NCBI RefSeq assembly: GCF_006345805.1
Contig: NC_043012.1
Span: 56,482,001-56,546,000, forward strand
Direction of reading: 5' to 3'
Source of the DNA: Octopus sinensis
Taxonomy: Eukaryota
DNA length: 64,000 nucleotides
Both the position numbers and the translations under genes were made by a program. Below are positions 54,813-62,740 of this stretch, piece after piece. The stretch's first letter is position 1, and each line of letters begins with the position of its first letter. The notes below the pieces were generated by a model. The model saw only the letters and a program-made list of their open reading frames with translations. It was not told the origin of the DNA and did no database searches.

Positions 54813-57800
54813 TACGTGTATATATTTTGGTAGCAAATTGAATTAAAACCAGCACTCATGTTGTAAACAATATCAATTGCTCATATTCAGTGTATATATT
54901 TTGTTTGTTTCCCGGTTCCCTATGCCGAACAAACAAAACACATACATTGAATATATGTAGTTGATAAAATATATTTGTTGTTTATAACATAAGAATTGAG
55001 AAACTTCAAGCAACATGAAATAAGTTGTTTTCAATGGTGAAACTCAAAGTAGATAAAACTATAAACAGTAATCTTTAAATATTGAGTTAAAAAGCTCTTC
55101 CGATGGAAAAAAAAAAAGTTGAAAGCTATCAATGGGACGTGAACATATGAATTCATATCATTGGCTGATATGACAGATGTTTTACCACATGACCAAAGCA
55201 ATCCCTCAAATTTGTTCATCTATTTTAGATTTTGTTCTTAACAGCAAGAATTGTGAAATAAGTTGTTTTTAATGGAGGAACTCGTTCTTTATACCAATAT
55301 TTATATGCTACTTTTTATAGTATTATCTACATTGAGTTCCACATTAAAAATAATATATACATATATATATACAAAAATTATAATTTAGGGTATCTAAGAG
55401 ATACCACCACACTTGAAATAACAGTGAAAACTTGACTCTAAAACCACATTAAATTTCAGCGACTGAAACAGCCGTCATGCTTCAAACAGCTTACAAGGAC
55501 ACTGCCATGAGCAAAACGACAAGTTTATGAGTGATTTCCATGCTTTAGGAGTGGTCACTTGAAGATCAACCTCATTCAGGACAACTGTCAACCTCCCGAA
55601 TAAATGAACATTTAATGTGGTTTTAGAGTCAAGTTTTGACTGCTATTTCAAGTGTGGTGGTATCTCTTAGATACCCTGAATTATAATTTTAAATAATTAT
55701 TACCTTTGAAAGGTTTTTATTCCCATGCTGGCCACCTGATAAGATCGGTATTTAAATATCGATCTTATCCTTATTTATATACACACACACACACACACCA
55801 ATGCTAGATGTCTAACAAGTTTTTACAATAAGCAAGATGTTTTTTTTTTTAACTTTATCAAATAACAAGTACAAATAAAGAAGAGATAGACGATGAAGTT
55901 ATTACCTGCTCATCATACTGTTTAGCAAAATGTAGCAGTTCAGGAGTCTAAAAATTAAAAAGAAACAGAAATAATTTAATAAATGACTTTTGAAATACAT
56001 CTCAATGGTTAATGACTATCAATATATAAGACTAGCACTATGACCTGGCAACGCCGGGTCATAATGCTAGTGCATGCATATACAGCTGCGTGCGTGCGCA
56101 CATACACGCGAGTACTGTCCAAATCTCAGACCAATCACATACAGCTAGCTGGCATTCAATTGGCGTATCAAGTTTTGGGCATTTTGATTGGGTTTTGGAT
56201 AGAAAATTCACAAAAAAGTCACTTCTATCGATTTTTTTAATGGCGTTGCTTGTGACTGGGGAAATGTAAAGATGTGCACGACCACCCTTGGACGGTTTTG
56301 AATGACCATAGAAAGTGCGAGGGGGGCCAGTTGATTAGATTGAACCCAGTATGCAACTGGGTCTTAATTTATCGACTCTGAAAGGATGAAAGGCAAAGTC
56401 GACTTTGGTGGAATTTGAACTCGAAATGTAGCAACAGACAAAATACCGCTAAGCATTTTGCCCAGTGTGCTAATGTTTCTGCCATCTTGCCACCTTAAAA
56501 ATATTCTTTTCTACTCTAGGCACAAGGCTCAAAATTTTGGGGGAGGGGGCCAGTTGATTAGATCAACCCCAGTATGCAACTGGGTCTTAATTTATCGACC
56601 CTGAAAGGATGAAAGGCAAAGTTGATCTCAGCAGAATTTGAACTCAGAATGTAAAGACAGATGAAATATCGCTAAGCATTTCGCCCAGTATGCTAACATT
56701 TCTGCCAGCTTGCAGCCTTGTTACATTGAAAATATTGACAATAAAATTATTATATTTACTTCTTTCATTGGAACTTTCAGTTTAAGTAGTTCTGCATAAC
56801 GACATAAAACTTTGAATGGTGCATGGATTTTCATAAAATGGATTTCGGAATCACTCTGAAACAGTAAGAAAAACAGGATTTAAATTAAATGTCTGAATGT
56901 CTGAAATGAGTCTTATTATAATTATAATATAATACATCAACCCCAGAGTTCAACTGGTACTTATTTTTTTTATCAACCCTGAAAGGATGAAAGGTAAAGT
57001 TGACCTTGGCAGAACTTGAACTCAGAATGTTTTGTCTGTCCTTACATTCTGAGTTCAAATTCCACTGATGGTGATAGTGGTGGTGGGAGTGGTGGTGAAG
57101 GTGATAGTAATAGTGAGAGTGGCAGTAATGGTGAGAGTGGTGGTGACGGTGAGAGCGGTGGTGATGGTGATAGCAGTGGTAAGAGTGGTGGTGGTGAAAG
57201 TGGTGATGATGGTGAGAGGTGGTGATGGAGAGAGTGGTGGTGATGGTTGTGATAGTGATGGTGATGATGGTGGTGCTGGTGATGGTGAGCATGTTGGTGA
57301 GAGTTGTGGTGATGTTCATGATAGTGATGGTGATGATGGTAGTGTCGGTGATGGTGGTTATGACAGTGTTGATAATGGTGGTGATGACTATTGGTGACTG
57401 TTGGTGATGATGGTGGTGATGATGATGGTGATAATGGTGTTGGTGTCGGTAGTGGTGGTGATGGTAGTGATAGTGCCTGTAGTATTTAACAAGACATAAC
57501 TTACGGTATCAACTTCAAGTTCTAGGAACTCTTTCTTCAAGTTATCGTGAAAAGTCGAGCGAGCATTCTGTGATTCTGTCATCTTCTTACTATGTTTATT
57601 CCATGCAATGATATAATCGATCCGTCGCACTCCATCTTCAAAATATAATTTCCTTCCCTAAATAACAAAAGAAACAAAATATAAAAACTTTGAATGCTGC
57701 ATGGATTTGCTTAAAATGTTCTTGAAATGGTTATCAGAATCACTTTGAAACATAAAAGGAAAATAAATATTAACAAGAGCGCAAACCTCTGCCAAGGCAA

Positions 57801-59620
57801 CACCAACATCCTAGCAATGATTAGCCAGAGATGATTTTTAAAATGAAAATATCTGAAATAAACTCGACTGCTCTCACAAACGAGAATACTAAAAATTAAC
57901 CTGACTGCTCTCAAAACTTAATCCTTTCATTACTGTATTTATTTTGAGATGCTCTGTTTTTCTTTCAATTAATATTAAATATAACAAAGAATTTAGTAAA
58001 ATAACTTAATTATCATTAAGCTAGTGTTAGGAACATAAATTGTGACTAAGACTTGGTGGAAGATTTTAATTCAAAATTTATGAAAACAAGACATTTGTAC
58101 CTCAGAGCCAGAGCCAGTTTCAGTTGGGTTGGTAACAAAAGGGTTAAGCAAAAAAAAACAGGAAAAATAATCCAGAATCCTTGTCCAAAACTGGATCGAT
58201 ACCAAAAATTAATCTGTTTGTGCCAGTCACGAGGCCAAACATCCCTGAAAATTTCATCCAAATCCATCCAGCAGTTCTTGCGACTGAAAGCAATACCTCT
58301 GCCTTCGCTAATGTGGAGGTAATATATACGTTTGAGTATGCATTTCACATACGTTCTTTGACACTGGCATAGTTCAGACAAATAATTATAATTGATGTAT
58401 GGATTTATAGCTGGATGCTCTTCCTGCTGTTGATCCTGTCTCTCAAGTTTTGGATTTTCCATTCCATTCTTCTTTGAAACATGGAGAGTTAGTTCTTCTA
58501 TTGTTTTACTTGTTTCAGTCATTTGAGTGCAGCCATACTGGAGCACTACCTGAATGGTTTTAGTTGAAGAAATCGACCCCAAGATTTATTTTTTGTAAGC
58601 CTGGTACTTATTCTACTGATCTCTTTTGCCGAACTGTTAAGTTATAGGGACATAAATAGACCAGCATCGGATGTCAAGCTATGTTGGGGGGACAAACACA
58701 GACATACACACACATATATGATGGGATTCTTTCAGTTTCCATCTACCAAATCTGCTCGCAAGGCTTTGGTCAGCCTGAGGCTATAGTAGAAGACATTTGC
58801 CCAGGGTGCCATGCAGTGGGACTGAACCTGGAACCATGTGGTTGAGTTGAGAAGCAAACTTCTTACCACACAGCCATGGCTGTGCCTATAATCTTCTGAC
58901 AGAGAACTGCCAACAAACATCACCATTTACAAAAGAATGCTTTTTTTTTTATGCAAACTACAGAATGTAAACATTCACGCATGATTTGGAAAGCAGTTAA
59001 TAGGTAAGTGTTCGCAACAGGAAGAACATCTAACTACATCTCATCATCAGCACTTAGTGTTTCCTGGTGGTGATGGTGGTGGTGGTGATGGTGAACAAGA
59101 ATCACTTAGCATTGTTAGTAAACCAGGCTGTGTGGCTAAAAAGTCCAAGATTCATGCAGTGGGTTTTTGATCCCACTGCATGGCATCTTAGACAGGTGTC
59201 TGCTATAATAGCAGTGGAATTTGGTTGACAGACACTATGCAGAAGCTTGTTATGTGTGTGTGCGTGTGTATATATATATATATATTTCTTTACTAACTTT
59301 ACTTTATATATATATATATATCTGTTATATGTGACAATTATTCGGTAGCCATGATAAAACTCTGAGTTTTGGATGTCAGGGTGGAAATCCACACTGCCAT
59401 CTCTTCAGTTATCCAGCCATCGGAAAAAATAGCATTGATAGCATTTTTTCCGATGGCCGGATAACTGAAGAGATGGCAGCATGGGTTTCCACCCCGACAT
59501 CCGAAACTCGGAGTTTTATCATGGCTACCGAATAATTGTTACACATTACAGATAAATTCCTCTACTTACATAATATCAAGGTCTCTTTCATTCTTTTGTT
59601 GTCTTACCATTTCTAGTAAC

Positions 59621-59673
<53 letters not shown>

Positions 59674-59692
59674 CATACACACACATATATAT

Positions 59693-59723
<31 letters not shown>

Positions 59724-62326
59724 CACACACACACATATATATACACACACACACACATATATATATACACATACACACACATATATATATATATACACAC
59801 ACACAAATATATATATATATATATATATTTATATACACCCATATATATATATATATATATTTATATACACATATATATATATTTATATACACATATATAT
59901 ATTTATATACATATATATATTTATATACATATATATATATATATTTATTTATATACACATATATATATTTATATACATATATATATATTTATATACATAT
60001 ATATATATATATTTATTTATATACACATATATATATTTATATACATATATATATACCACACACACACACATATATATATATAACACACACACACATATAC
60101 ACACACACACATGCACACACACACACACACCACACACACACACACACACACAAGTATTGCTTTCGATAAGAATCCGGTGTATATAAAATACAATAGTTTT
60201 TTGTGAAATCCAATAAATATAAAGGGTAATATCTTGTGTGAGATCCAATGATTGTATCAGTTTATCAAATTATTATATAATTGACAGAGACACTAAAGTG
60301 TTAACATGAACAAAGATAGGATATTACTGCTATAAGGAAAGTGGTTATGCTTGACAAGCACTAAAAGTACAGGTAGAAATTTCATAGGTGTACTTTCATT
60401 GTAAACAATAGACAGACAAGAGGTACAGGCAGGATGACAAGGAAAGTAGATTTTGTATGTGATAGATGAACAGGAGTAGTTTACAGCAAAAGTATGAGAA
60501 ATATTGCTTCAAATTCTCAGAAGACTACTTAAAAGTAGTTGATAGCTTTGGTAGTTAGATGACCTAATTTAGCAGTGGGGATGGGTGCTCTGAAAGCATA
60601 GTTGCCAGAGTGAGAACAGGGTGGAAAAAAAATCAGCACGCCCTTACGGCTACTGGTAACAAATTGTTTCACTATCAGAGCAAAGAACATATTATATGAT
60701 GCAGTATGGTAGCAAGATATGTGTGTCTGTTTTGAATGTAGAGGTTGGAAGGAATTGAGGTGAGTATGTTCCACTGGATGTGTAGAATTGCTGTTTCATG
60801 AACTATGGAGCACAAATGGTTTGAGAGAAAAAACCCCCGGGTAAATGGGGAATCAGCTGTAGTGTGCAAAAAAGATAACAAAGCTGGTGTGGATATACAA
60901 TGAGTATGGAAAGTACCACTCATACAAAGAGGCAGCAGTTATATTGGCAGCAATAACATTGCATTTGTTCTATCTGTGTTCTGCCCAATATTCTGTATTG
61001 CTAACCATCACTCTGTCTACCTCTCTCCTCATATCACTTATCCATTATTATAAATTACTTCCTTTCCTTTACCCTCATCCATCTTCATTACTTTCACTCC
61101 TCTCCCCACACGCTCTCTCTCTCCAGTCAGACACTTCTATCATTCTGGCTATTTTCCATTACTCTCCTTGCTATCACCCTCAGGTTCTGGTCCTCTACCA
61201 TCACTCTCTTCTCAACCTGCTGGAACAAGACAAGTGTCTGGGGCTAGTGAACAAACACATGGGAACAACATAAAATAGAGAGAGAATTCTTTAGTCTTGC
61301 AAGGGACAAGGCAATCTCTCTAGTATTTGTGCCATAATAAAATGCATCCAGTACACTCCATAAAGTGGTTGGTGAGCAAGCAGAAACAACATACGGTAGA
61401 GAAGACTCTTTAGTCTCGCACAGAGCATGACCACACTATTACTGGTGTTACAATAAAATACACCCAGCACAATCAGTAAAGCAATGGGCAACAGGAAGGG
61501 CATCCAACCAAAAAAAAATGCCAAAAATGTAACATGAGTGAAGTATGATATCCAACACATCTAGGAGGGCAGTAACTCTTAAAAAGACCTGACTTGGTAT
61601 ATGACAATCTGTCCAACCAATACCAGCTTGCAAAAGCTGAAGTATAAATGATGCTGCTGCTGATGATGATGAGGAGGAGGAGGAAGTACAGATGATAAAT
61701 ATCTTACCTCAGCAGTTTCATCAAAGTCCTTATAAAAACTCAATGATTCCATACTGTCCAAAAATTCTGAAATAAACAGATATGAATTTAAAATCCTTTT
61801 CAGAAGAAAATTTCACAGAAATATGTAACATAAATGTGGGTAAGATTAACTTTGTTATTGTAATTTATTTTTCCTACACTGATGAGTCAAAAGAATCTTA
61901 TTATAACCCTTAGCATTCAGATTTCTATATCGAATGCAATACTTATTTATTCACATTGTTTTGAATTAATCATGCATTACCTTGTTGAGCTGAGATTTTG
62001 ATGATGTGATTGCATATTTTTAGAATAACATTAAAGCATAGGTGATATTAATCAAATTAATATTCAATTTTTCATTTTAAATGATATCTATATAAATGTA
62101 TGTATGTATGGATGTATGTATGTATATGTTTGGATATTTATGCTTGTCCCCCAACATCGCTTAACAACTGATGCTGGTGTGTTTACGTCCCCGTAACTTA
62201 GTGGTTTGGCAAAAGAGACCAATAGAATAAGTACTAGGCTTACAAAGAATAAGTCCTGGGGTCAATTTGCTTGACTACAGGTGGTGCTCCAGCATGGCCA
62301 CAGTCAAATGATTGAAACAAATAAAC

Positions 62327-62360
<34 letters not shown>

Positions 62361-62740
62361 ACCTCACGGAGACAATAGCAAATGACTGAGGCCTTTGGCA
62401 ATATGCTGTGCTTGAGAAGGAAGATCCATCAAGCCAAATGAAATTGTAATCATGGCAGATACTGGTGCCACACAACTGGCACCCATTATATTCTCAGAGT
62501 GGTTGGCATTAGGAAGGGCATCCAGCCATAGAAATCATACCAAACCAGAATAGAGCCTAGTGGAGCCTCTTAGCTTACAAGGTAGATGTAAGATGTATTA
62601 CAGAACAAATGTTTTAATAAATGTTTGATGTGACTTGATAAATGTTTTTCATCAGCTTACCAATATTATCAGTGTATGAGGACATAGGTTGGCTAACATC
62701 AAGCAGCTCATGGTCAGTACTTGAACTCATTTTGTCTGTT
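238..62740 (-). CDS. ANO: Anoctamin/TMEM16 family gene, 15 coding exons in window (N-terminus to TM5); 3' part lies beyond the left edge
   Basis: Exons splice in phase into one ORF with family motifs [128 protein letters not shown]. The exact paralog cannot be assigned by eye. Confidence 0.97.
2174..2467 (-). mobile_element. Small element with a tRNA-like head, (TAA)n and a hammerhead-like motif
   Basis: 9-bp direct repeat atggtagac at 2165-2173 and 2468-2476; ~23-bp internal inverted repeats; A/B-box-like GGCATAGTGG and GAGTTCGATTCC. Confidence 0.65.
2257..2302 (-). ncRNA. Minimal hammerhead-like motif with a damaged stem I
   Basis: GACAA-CUGAGGA-a-GGCUG[10 nt]CAGCC-GAAA-CG-U-U-GUGUU. ACGU palindrome forms helix III; the first stem I pair is an A.G mismatch. 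Confidence 0.55.
2720..2860 (+). mobile_element. Degenerate Tigger/pogo transposase N-terminal HTH fragment
   Basis: [27 protein letters not shown], then a frameshift to NESAIHSI; resembles the psq/CENP-B-type HTH pattern LQEKVE..S..AV..F.INES. Confidence 0.4.
3276..3440 (-). CDS. ANO: Anoctamin exon 14, TM3-TM4 ([15 protein letters not shown]...[14 protein letters not shown])
   Basis: GVI..R and INL..I.ILN motifs; ttttag / gtaagt; 165 nt, phase 0-0. Confidence 0.96.
3941..4260 (-). mobile_element. tRNA-derived SINE (head type 1, tail A)
   Basis: Head GGCGCAATGGCCCAGTGG...GGTTTCGATTCCC; 13-bp TSD atcattaaataat (3928-3940, 4261-4273). Confidence 0.85.
4359..4747 (-). mobile_element. tRNA-derived SINE (head type 1, tail B)
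   Basis: Same head and body as 3941-4260, different 3' end; 13-bp TSD accaccaccatgt (4346-4358, 4748-4760); CpGs retained. Confidence 0.85.
5272..5390 (-). mobile_element. CR1-type LINE 3' fragment
   Basis: [25 protein letters not shown] matches the CR1 ORF2 C-terminal R..FF..RV...WN.LP pattern. Confidence 0.6.
6405..6482 (-). CDS. ANO: Anoctamin exon 13 ([26 protein letters not shown])
   Basis: EPY.P motif leading into TM3; ctcttag / gtaagc; 78 nt, phase 0-0. Confidence 0.94.
6929..7380 (+). mobile_element. Abundant tRNA-derived SINE with an internal (TA/TG)n microsatellite (representative copy)
   Basis: Head GGAGTGGCTGTGTGG..GGTTCAGTCCC, tail ...GACTGAAACAAGTAAAAGAG. Other copies near 5390, 12058, 22485, 25560, 36135, 37513, 45290, 46125, 46575, 50268, 58500 and 62140. 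Confidence 0.9.
8205..8276 (-). CDS. ANO: Anoctamin exon 12 ([24 protein letters not shown])
   Basis: PRPEY motif; tttcag / gtaatt; 72 nt, phase 0-0. Confidence 0.95.
9030..9340 (+). mobile_element. Retroposon ending in (GAT)n, RTE-like tail (representative copy)
   Basis: ...GGTTGGCGTTAGGAAGGGCATCCAGC...CCCATGCTAGCATGGAAAGC..GTTAAAC(GAT)n. Other copies near 9920, 13790, 20430, 26200, 26770, 47220 (minus) and 51758. Confidence 0.8.
10811..10890 (-). CDS. ANO: Anoctamin exon 11 ([27 protein letters not shown])
   Basis: FLEFWKRKQ motif; tttcag acceptor; weak GAG|gtgccc donor; phase 1 to 0. Confidence 0.93.
11158..11980. repeat. 20-bp minisatellite (ACTGCAGCAGACAACAGCCT), ~39 units plus a degenerate tail
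   Basis: Directly visible tandem array; the same variant block recurs at 11391 and 11571 (180 bp apart). Confidence 0.98.
12296..13950 (+). repeat. Four ~340-385 bp head-to-tail retroposon-derived units inserted into the microsatellite of a SINE
   Basis: Unit starts (gacgtagtcagtccacc) at 12302, 12640, 13025 and 13371; internal sub-repeats; ends in a (GAT)n tail; host SINE halves at 12058-12225 and 13950-14185. Confidence 0.92.
14405..14562 (-). CDS. ANO: Anoctamin exon 10 ([28 protein letters not shown]...[15 protein letters not shown])
   Basis: MCPLCD..C.YW and DN..TVFFA.FMS.W motifs; ttccag / gtaagt; phase 2 to 1. Confidence 0.97.
14646..15167. mobile_element. Tc1/mariner-superfamily (Tc2/pogo-like) MITE
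   Basis: TIRs ccataaatcctcgagtatagtcc / ggattatacttgaggatttatgg (21/23 matching); TA on the left, CA on the right. Confidence 0.8.
15629..16460. mobile_element. hAT (Charlie-like) MITE containing two nested TTAA MITEs
   Basis: Degenerate cagtg.ttct.aa / ttgagaacc ends; 8-bp TSD gtgtagga / gtctagga. A related copy lies at ~43365-43625. Confidence 0.6.
15893..16378. mobile_element. Two near-identical ~228-bp TTAA-flanked (piggyBac-type) MITEs, 15893-16120 and 16151-16378
   Basis: Each reads TTAA-CCCTTT..TTAC...GTAA..AAAGGG-TTAA. An inverted copy lies at 57918-58147; partial copies elsewhere. Confidence 0.85.
16913..17347 (+). mobile_element. RTE-clade LINE C-terminal fragment
   Basis: LYG....KLEVFQ...KLLRLFDH...[24 protein letters not shown] is the RTE ORF C-terminal pattern. 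Confidence 0.75.
18040..18174 (-). CDS. ANO: Anoctamin exon 9, TM1 ([35 protein letters not shown]...)
   Basis: Signature YFGEK.G.YFAWLG.YT; tttcag / gtaaaa; phase 2-2. Confidence 0.97.
19234..19337 (-). CDS. ANO: Anoctamin exon 8 ([34 protein letters not shown]|K)
   Basis: N.R..L...W......QPL..I motif; ttccag / gtaagt; phase 0 to 2. Confidence 0.95.
23430..23485 (-). CDS. ANO: Anoctamin exon 7 ([19 protein letters not shown])
   Basis: GI......G.Y..AFPLHE motif; ttgcag / gtaagt; phase 1 to 0. Confidence 0.95.
24465..24635 (+). promoter_or_regulatory. Promoter-like motif cluster antisense to anoctamin, possibly from an LTR
   Basis: TGACTCA 24472, TGACG 24483, ACGTG 24517, ATTGG 24527, TCATGTGA 24553, TATTTAAA 24599, TCAGT at 24625 and 24629. 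Confidence 0.35.
25174..25292 (-). CDS. ANO: Anoctamin exon 6 ([39 protein letters not shown]|G)
   Basis: R.RIV..IL motif; ttccag / gtaaat; phase 2 to 1. Confidence 0.93.
28246..28534. mobile_element. MITE with GGAGTC sub-repeats (hAT-like)
   Basis: Perfect 14-bp TIR CAGGGCTGTGGAGT / ACTCCACAGCCCTG. Confidence 0.8.
29590..29741 (-). CDS. ANO: Anoctamin exon 5 ([16 protein letters not shown]...[11 protein letters not shown]|L)
   Basis: FSRDK.YLF motif; tagcag acceptor, gtaagt donor; phase 0 to 2. Confidence 0.92.
30020..30310 (+). mobile_element. Degenerate RTE LINE fragment
   Basis: [23 protein letters not shown] matches the RTE YG.E.WT....KL..F.MWC pattern. Confidence 0.55.
31173..31560 (+). 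mobile_element. CR1-type LINE 3' end
   Basis: [35 protein letters not shown], followed by a UTR. Confidence 0.7.
31823..32080 (-). mobile_element. tRNA-derived SINE (head type 2, tail A)
   Basis: 14-bp TSD attgttatcattta (31809-31822, 32081-32094); tail shared with 3941-4260. Confidence 0.85.
34030..34800 (-). mobile_element. 5'-truncated non-LTR retrotransposon with a restriction-like endonuclease (R4/Dong/NeSL-like) and a (TAA)n tail
   Basis: [19 protein letters not shown]...[33 protein letters not shown]...[12 protein letters not shown] (stop 34213-34215); PD..D..EK..KY core. An older fragment lies at ~33430-33880. Confidence 0.85.
37080..37270 (+). mobile_element. CR1/L2-type 3' end with an (AACTT)n tail
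   Basis: [30 protein letters not shown]...*, then a short-repeat tail. Confidence 0.75.
37488..38785 (-). mobile_element. Internally deleted mariner transposon with a SINE (37513-37918) inserted in its 3' TIR
   Basis: [22 protein letters not shown] (HTH), [20 protein letters not shown], ..GYFEGD; TA at 37486-87 and 38786-87; degenerate TIRs caagg...aa..gttcct.g. Confidence 0.88.
40917..41053. mobile_element. 137-bp TTAA-flanked hairpin MITE inserted in a SINE
   Basis: Stems CCTTTAGCATG/CATGCTAAAGG, AGGCACATCA/TGATGTGCCT and TATGAGTTTTCTCCC/GGGAGAAAACTCGTA; TTAA at both ends. Confidence 0.8.
41469..41474 (-). other. Candidate 6-nt microexon (GCT AAG = AK)
   Basis: ...ttttatccttttattttgcatgtag|GCTAAG|gtgagt; frame-preserving. 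Splice-signal evidence only. Confidence 0.3.
48800..49640 (+). mobile_element. Degenerate Penelope-like element (RT plus linker toward GIY-YIG)
   Basis: With frameshifts: [58 protein letters not shown]. These resemble PLE motifs LKDHK.NF...RLINP.KS, NQW.NT..VI and RNIIW.NPP. Confidence 0.75.
52392..53005. repeat. Crossed perfect inverted repeats A-B-A'-B' around the hammerhead
   Basis: A 52392-52444 / A' 52614-52666 (53 bp); B 52509-52613 / B' 52901-53005 (105 bp); flanked by (TA)n. Confidence 0.95.
52831..52879 (+). ncRNA. Minimal type I hammerhead ribozyme motif, core intact
   Basis: AGGCUUG-CUGAAGA-GUG[aguaag]UAC-GAAA-UCAC[ag]GUGA-U-A-CAAGUCU: 7-bp stem I, 3-bp stem II, palindromic stem III, AUA cleavage triplet. 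Confidence 0.8.
53430..53530 (+). mobile_element. Possible RTE C-terminal zinc-finger relic
   Basis: [20 protein letters not shown] resembles the RTE C..C.+.+.SRIGL.SH.R end. Confidence 0.35.
54425..54695. repeat. Imperfect hairpin (~110-bp arms) with degenerate hammerhead cores
   Basis: Arms share tctgacaatgcagaaagtttt and aaggcccatcttca in inverted orientation; loop ~55 nt. Confidence 0.9.
55374..55690. repeat. Hairpin, 81-bp arms with 3 mismatches, ~155-nt loop
   Basis: 55374-55454 versus 55610-55690. Confidence 0.92.
55906..55947 (-). CDS. Candidate additional or cassette anoctamin exon ([14 protein letters not shown])
   Basis: Long U-rich tract + tttttag, CAG|gtaata donor, 42 nt, open in phase 0 between exons 4 and 5. 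No homology support. Confidence 0.55.
56325..56725 (-). mobile_element. Second abundant SINE family (central GACTTTGCCTTTCATCCTTTC..GGTCGATAAA..AAGTACCAG), tandem pair
   Basis: Many copies: ~480, 700, 31590, 32550, 36884, 39110, 40660, 41060, 41990, 42180, 42590, 56930, 62850 and 63340. Confidence 0.85.
56760..56855 (-). CDS. ANO: Anoctamin exon 4 ([32 protein letters not shown])
   Basis: Conserved KIHAP..LCRYAE motif; tttcag / gtaaat; 96 nt, phase 0-0. Confidence 0.95.
57060..57480. repeat. Cryptic GGT/GAT trinucleotide low-complexity block
   Basis: Directly visible; produces spurious His/Thr- and Gly/Val-rich ORFs. Confidence 0.95.
57505..57657 (-). CDS. ANO: Anoctamin exon 3 ([19 protein letters not shown]...[12 protein letters not shown])
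   Basis: N-terminal LYF.DG.R.IDY motif; tttag / gtaagt; 153 nt, phase 0-0. Confidence 0.95.
57681..57765 (-). pseudogene. Decayed partial duplicate of anoctamin exon 4 with its acceptor
   Basis: aaaactttgaatgctgcatggattt...gaatcactttgaaaca aligns with exon 4 (56807-56862). Acceptor CAG is changed to CAA and there is an ~11-nt insertion. Confidence 0.8.
59321..59552. repeat. Long hairpin (~105-110 bp arms, ~7-10 nt loop) made of two inverted hammerhead-bearing copies
   Basis: ttcggtagccatgataaaactc...ccatcggaaaaaat[loop]attttttccgatgg...gagttttatcatggctaccgaa. Confidence 0.95.
59454..59526 (+). ncRNA. Type I hammerhead ribozyme motif in the right arm of a long hairpin
   Basis: UGGCCGGAUAA-CUGAAGA-GAUG...CAUC-c-GAAA-CUC[g]GAG-U-U-UUAUC(a)UGGCUA. 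Stem I is ~11 bp with one bulge; one extra C precedes GAAA. Confidence 0.7.
59620..60150. repeat. Compound (TA)/(CA) microsatellite
   Basis: Directly visible. Similar tracts at 28535-28810, 34030-34150, 53170-53370 and 54695-54810. Confidence 0.95.
60530..60900 (+). mobile_element. Degenerate RTE LINE RT fragment
   Basis: KVVDSF....[21 protein letters not shown] pattern with frameshifts. Confidence 0.65.
61708..61766 (-). CDS. ANO: Anoctamin exon 2 (E|[19 protein letters not shown])
   Basis: tttcag acceptor, GAG|gtaaga donor; phase 1 to 0 links exon 1 to exon 3. Confidence 0.8.
62661..62740 (-). CDS. ANO: Anoctamin exon 1 in window; probable start ATG at 62730 ([23 protein letters not shown], phase 1 end)
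   Basis: Pyrimidine tract + CAG acceptor, GTAAGC donor, aaaATG context, phase matches the next exon. The frame is also open before the ATG, so an upstream coding exon is possible. No homology support in this variable region. Confidence 0.72.

Noticed and set aside
56885-57407. His/Thr-rich and Gly/Asp/Val-rich ORFs
   Set aside because: Translations of a trinucleotide low-complexity block inside a defined intron.
58046-58582. 178-aa ORF, among the longest in the track
   Set aside because: Spans a SINE end, another repeat and a TTAA MITE; a patchwork with no recognisable domain.
59570-59612. AG/GTAAGT-bounded segment as an exon between exons 2 and 3
   Set aside because: 43 nt breaks the frame, and the acceptor lies in a microsatellite.
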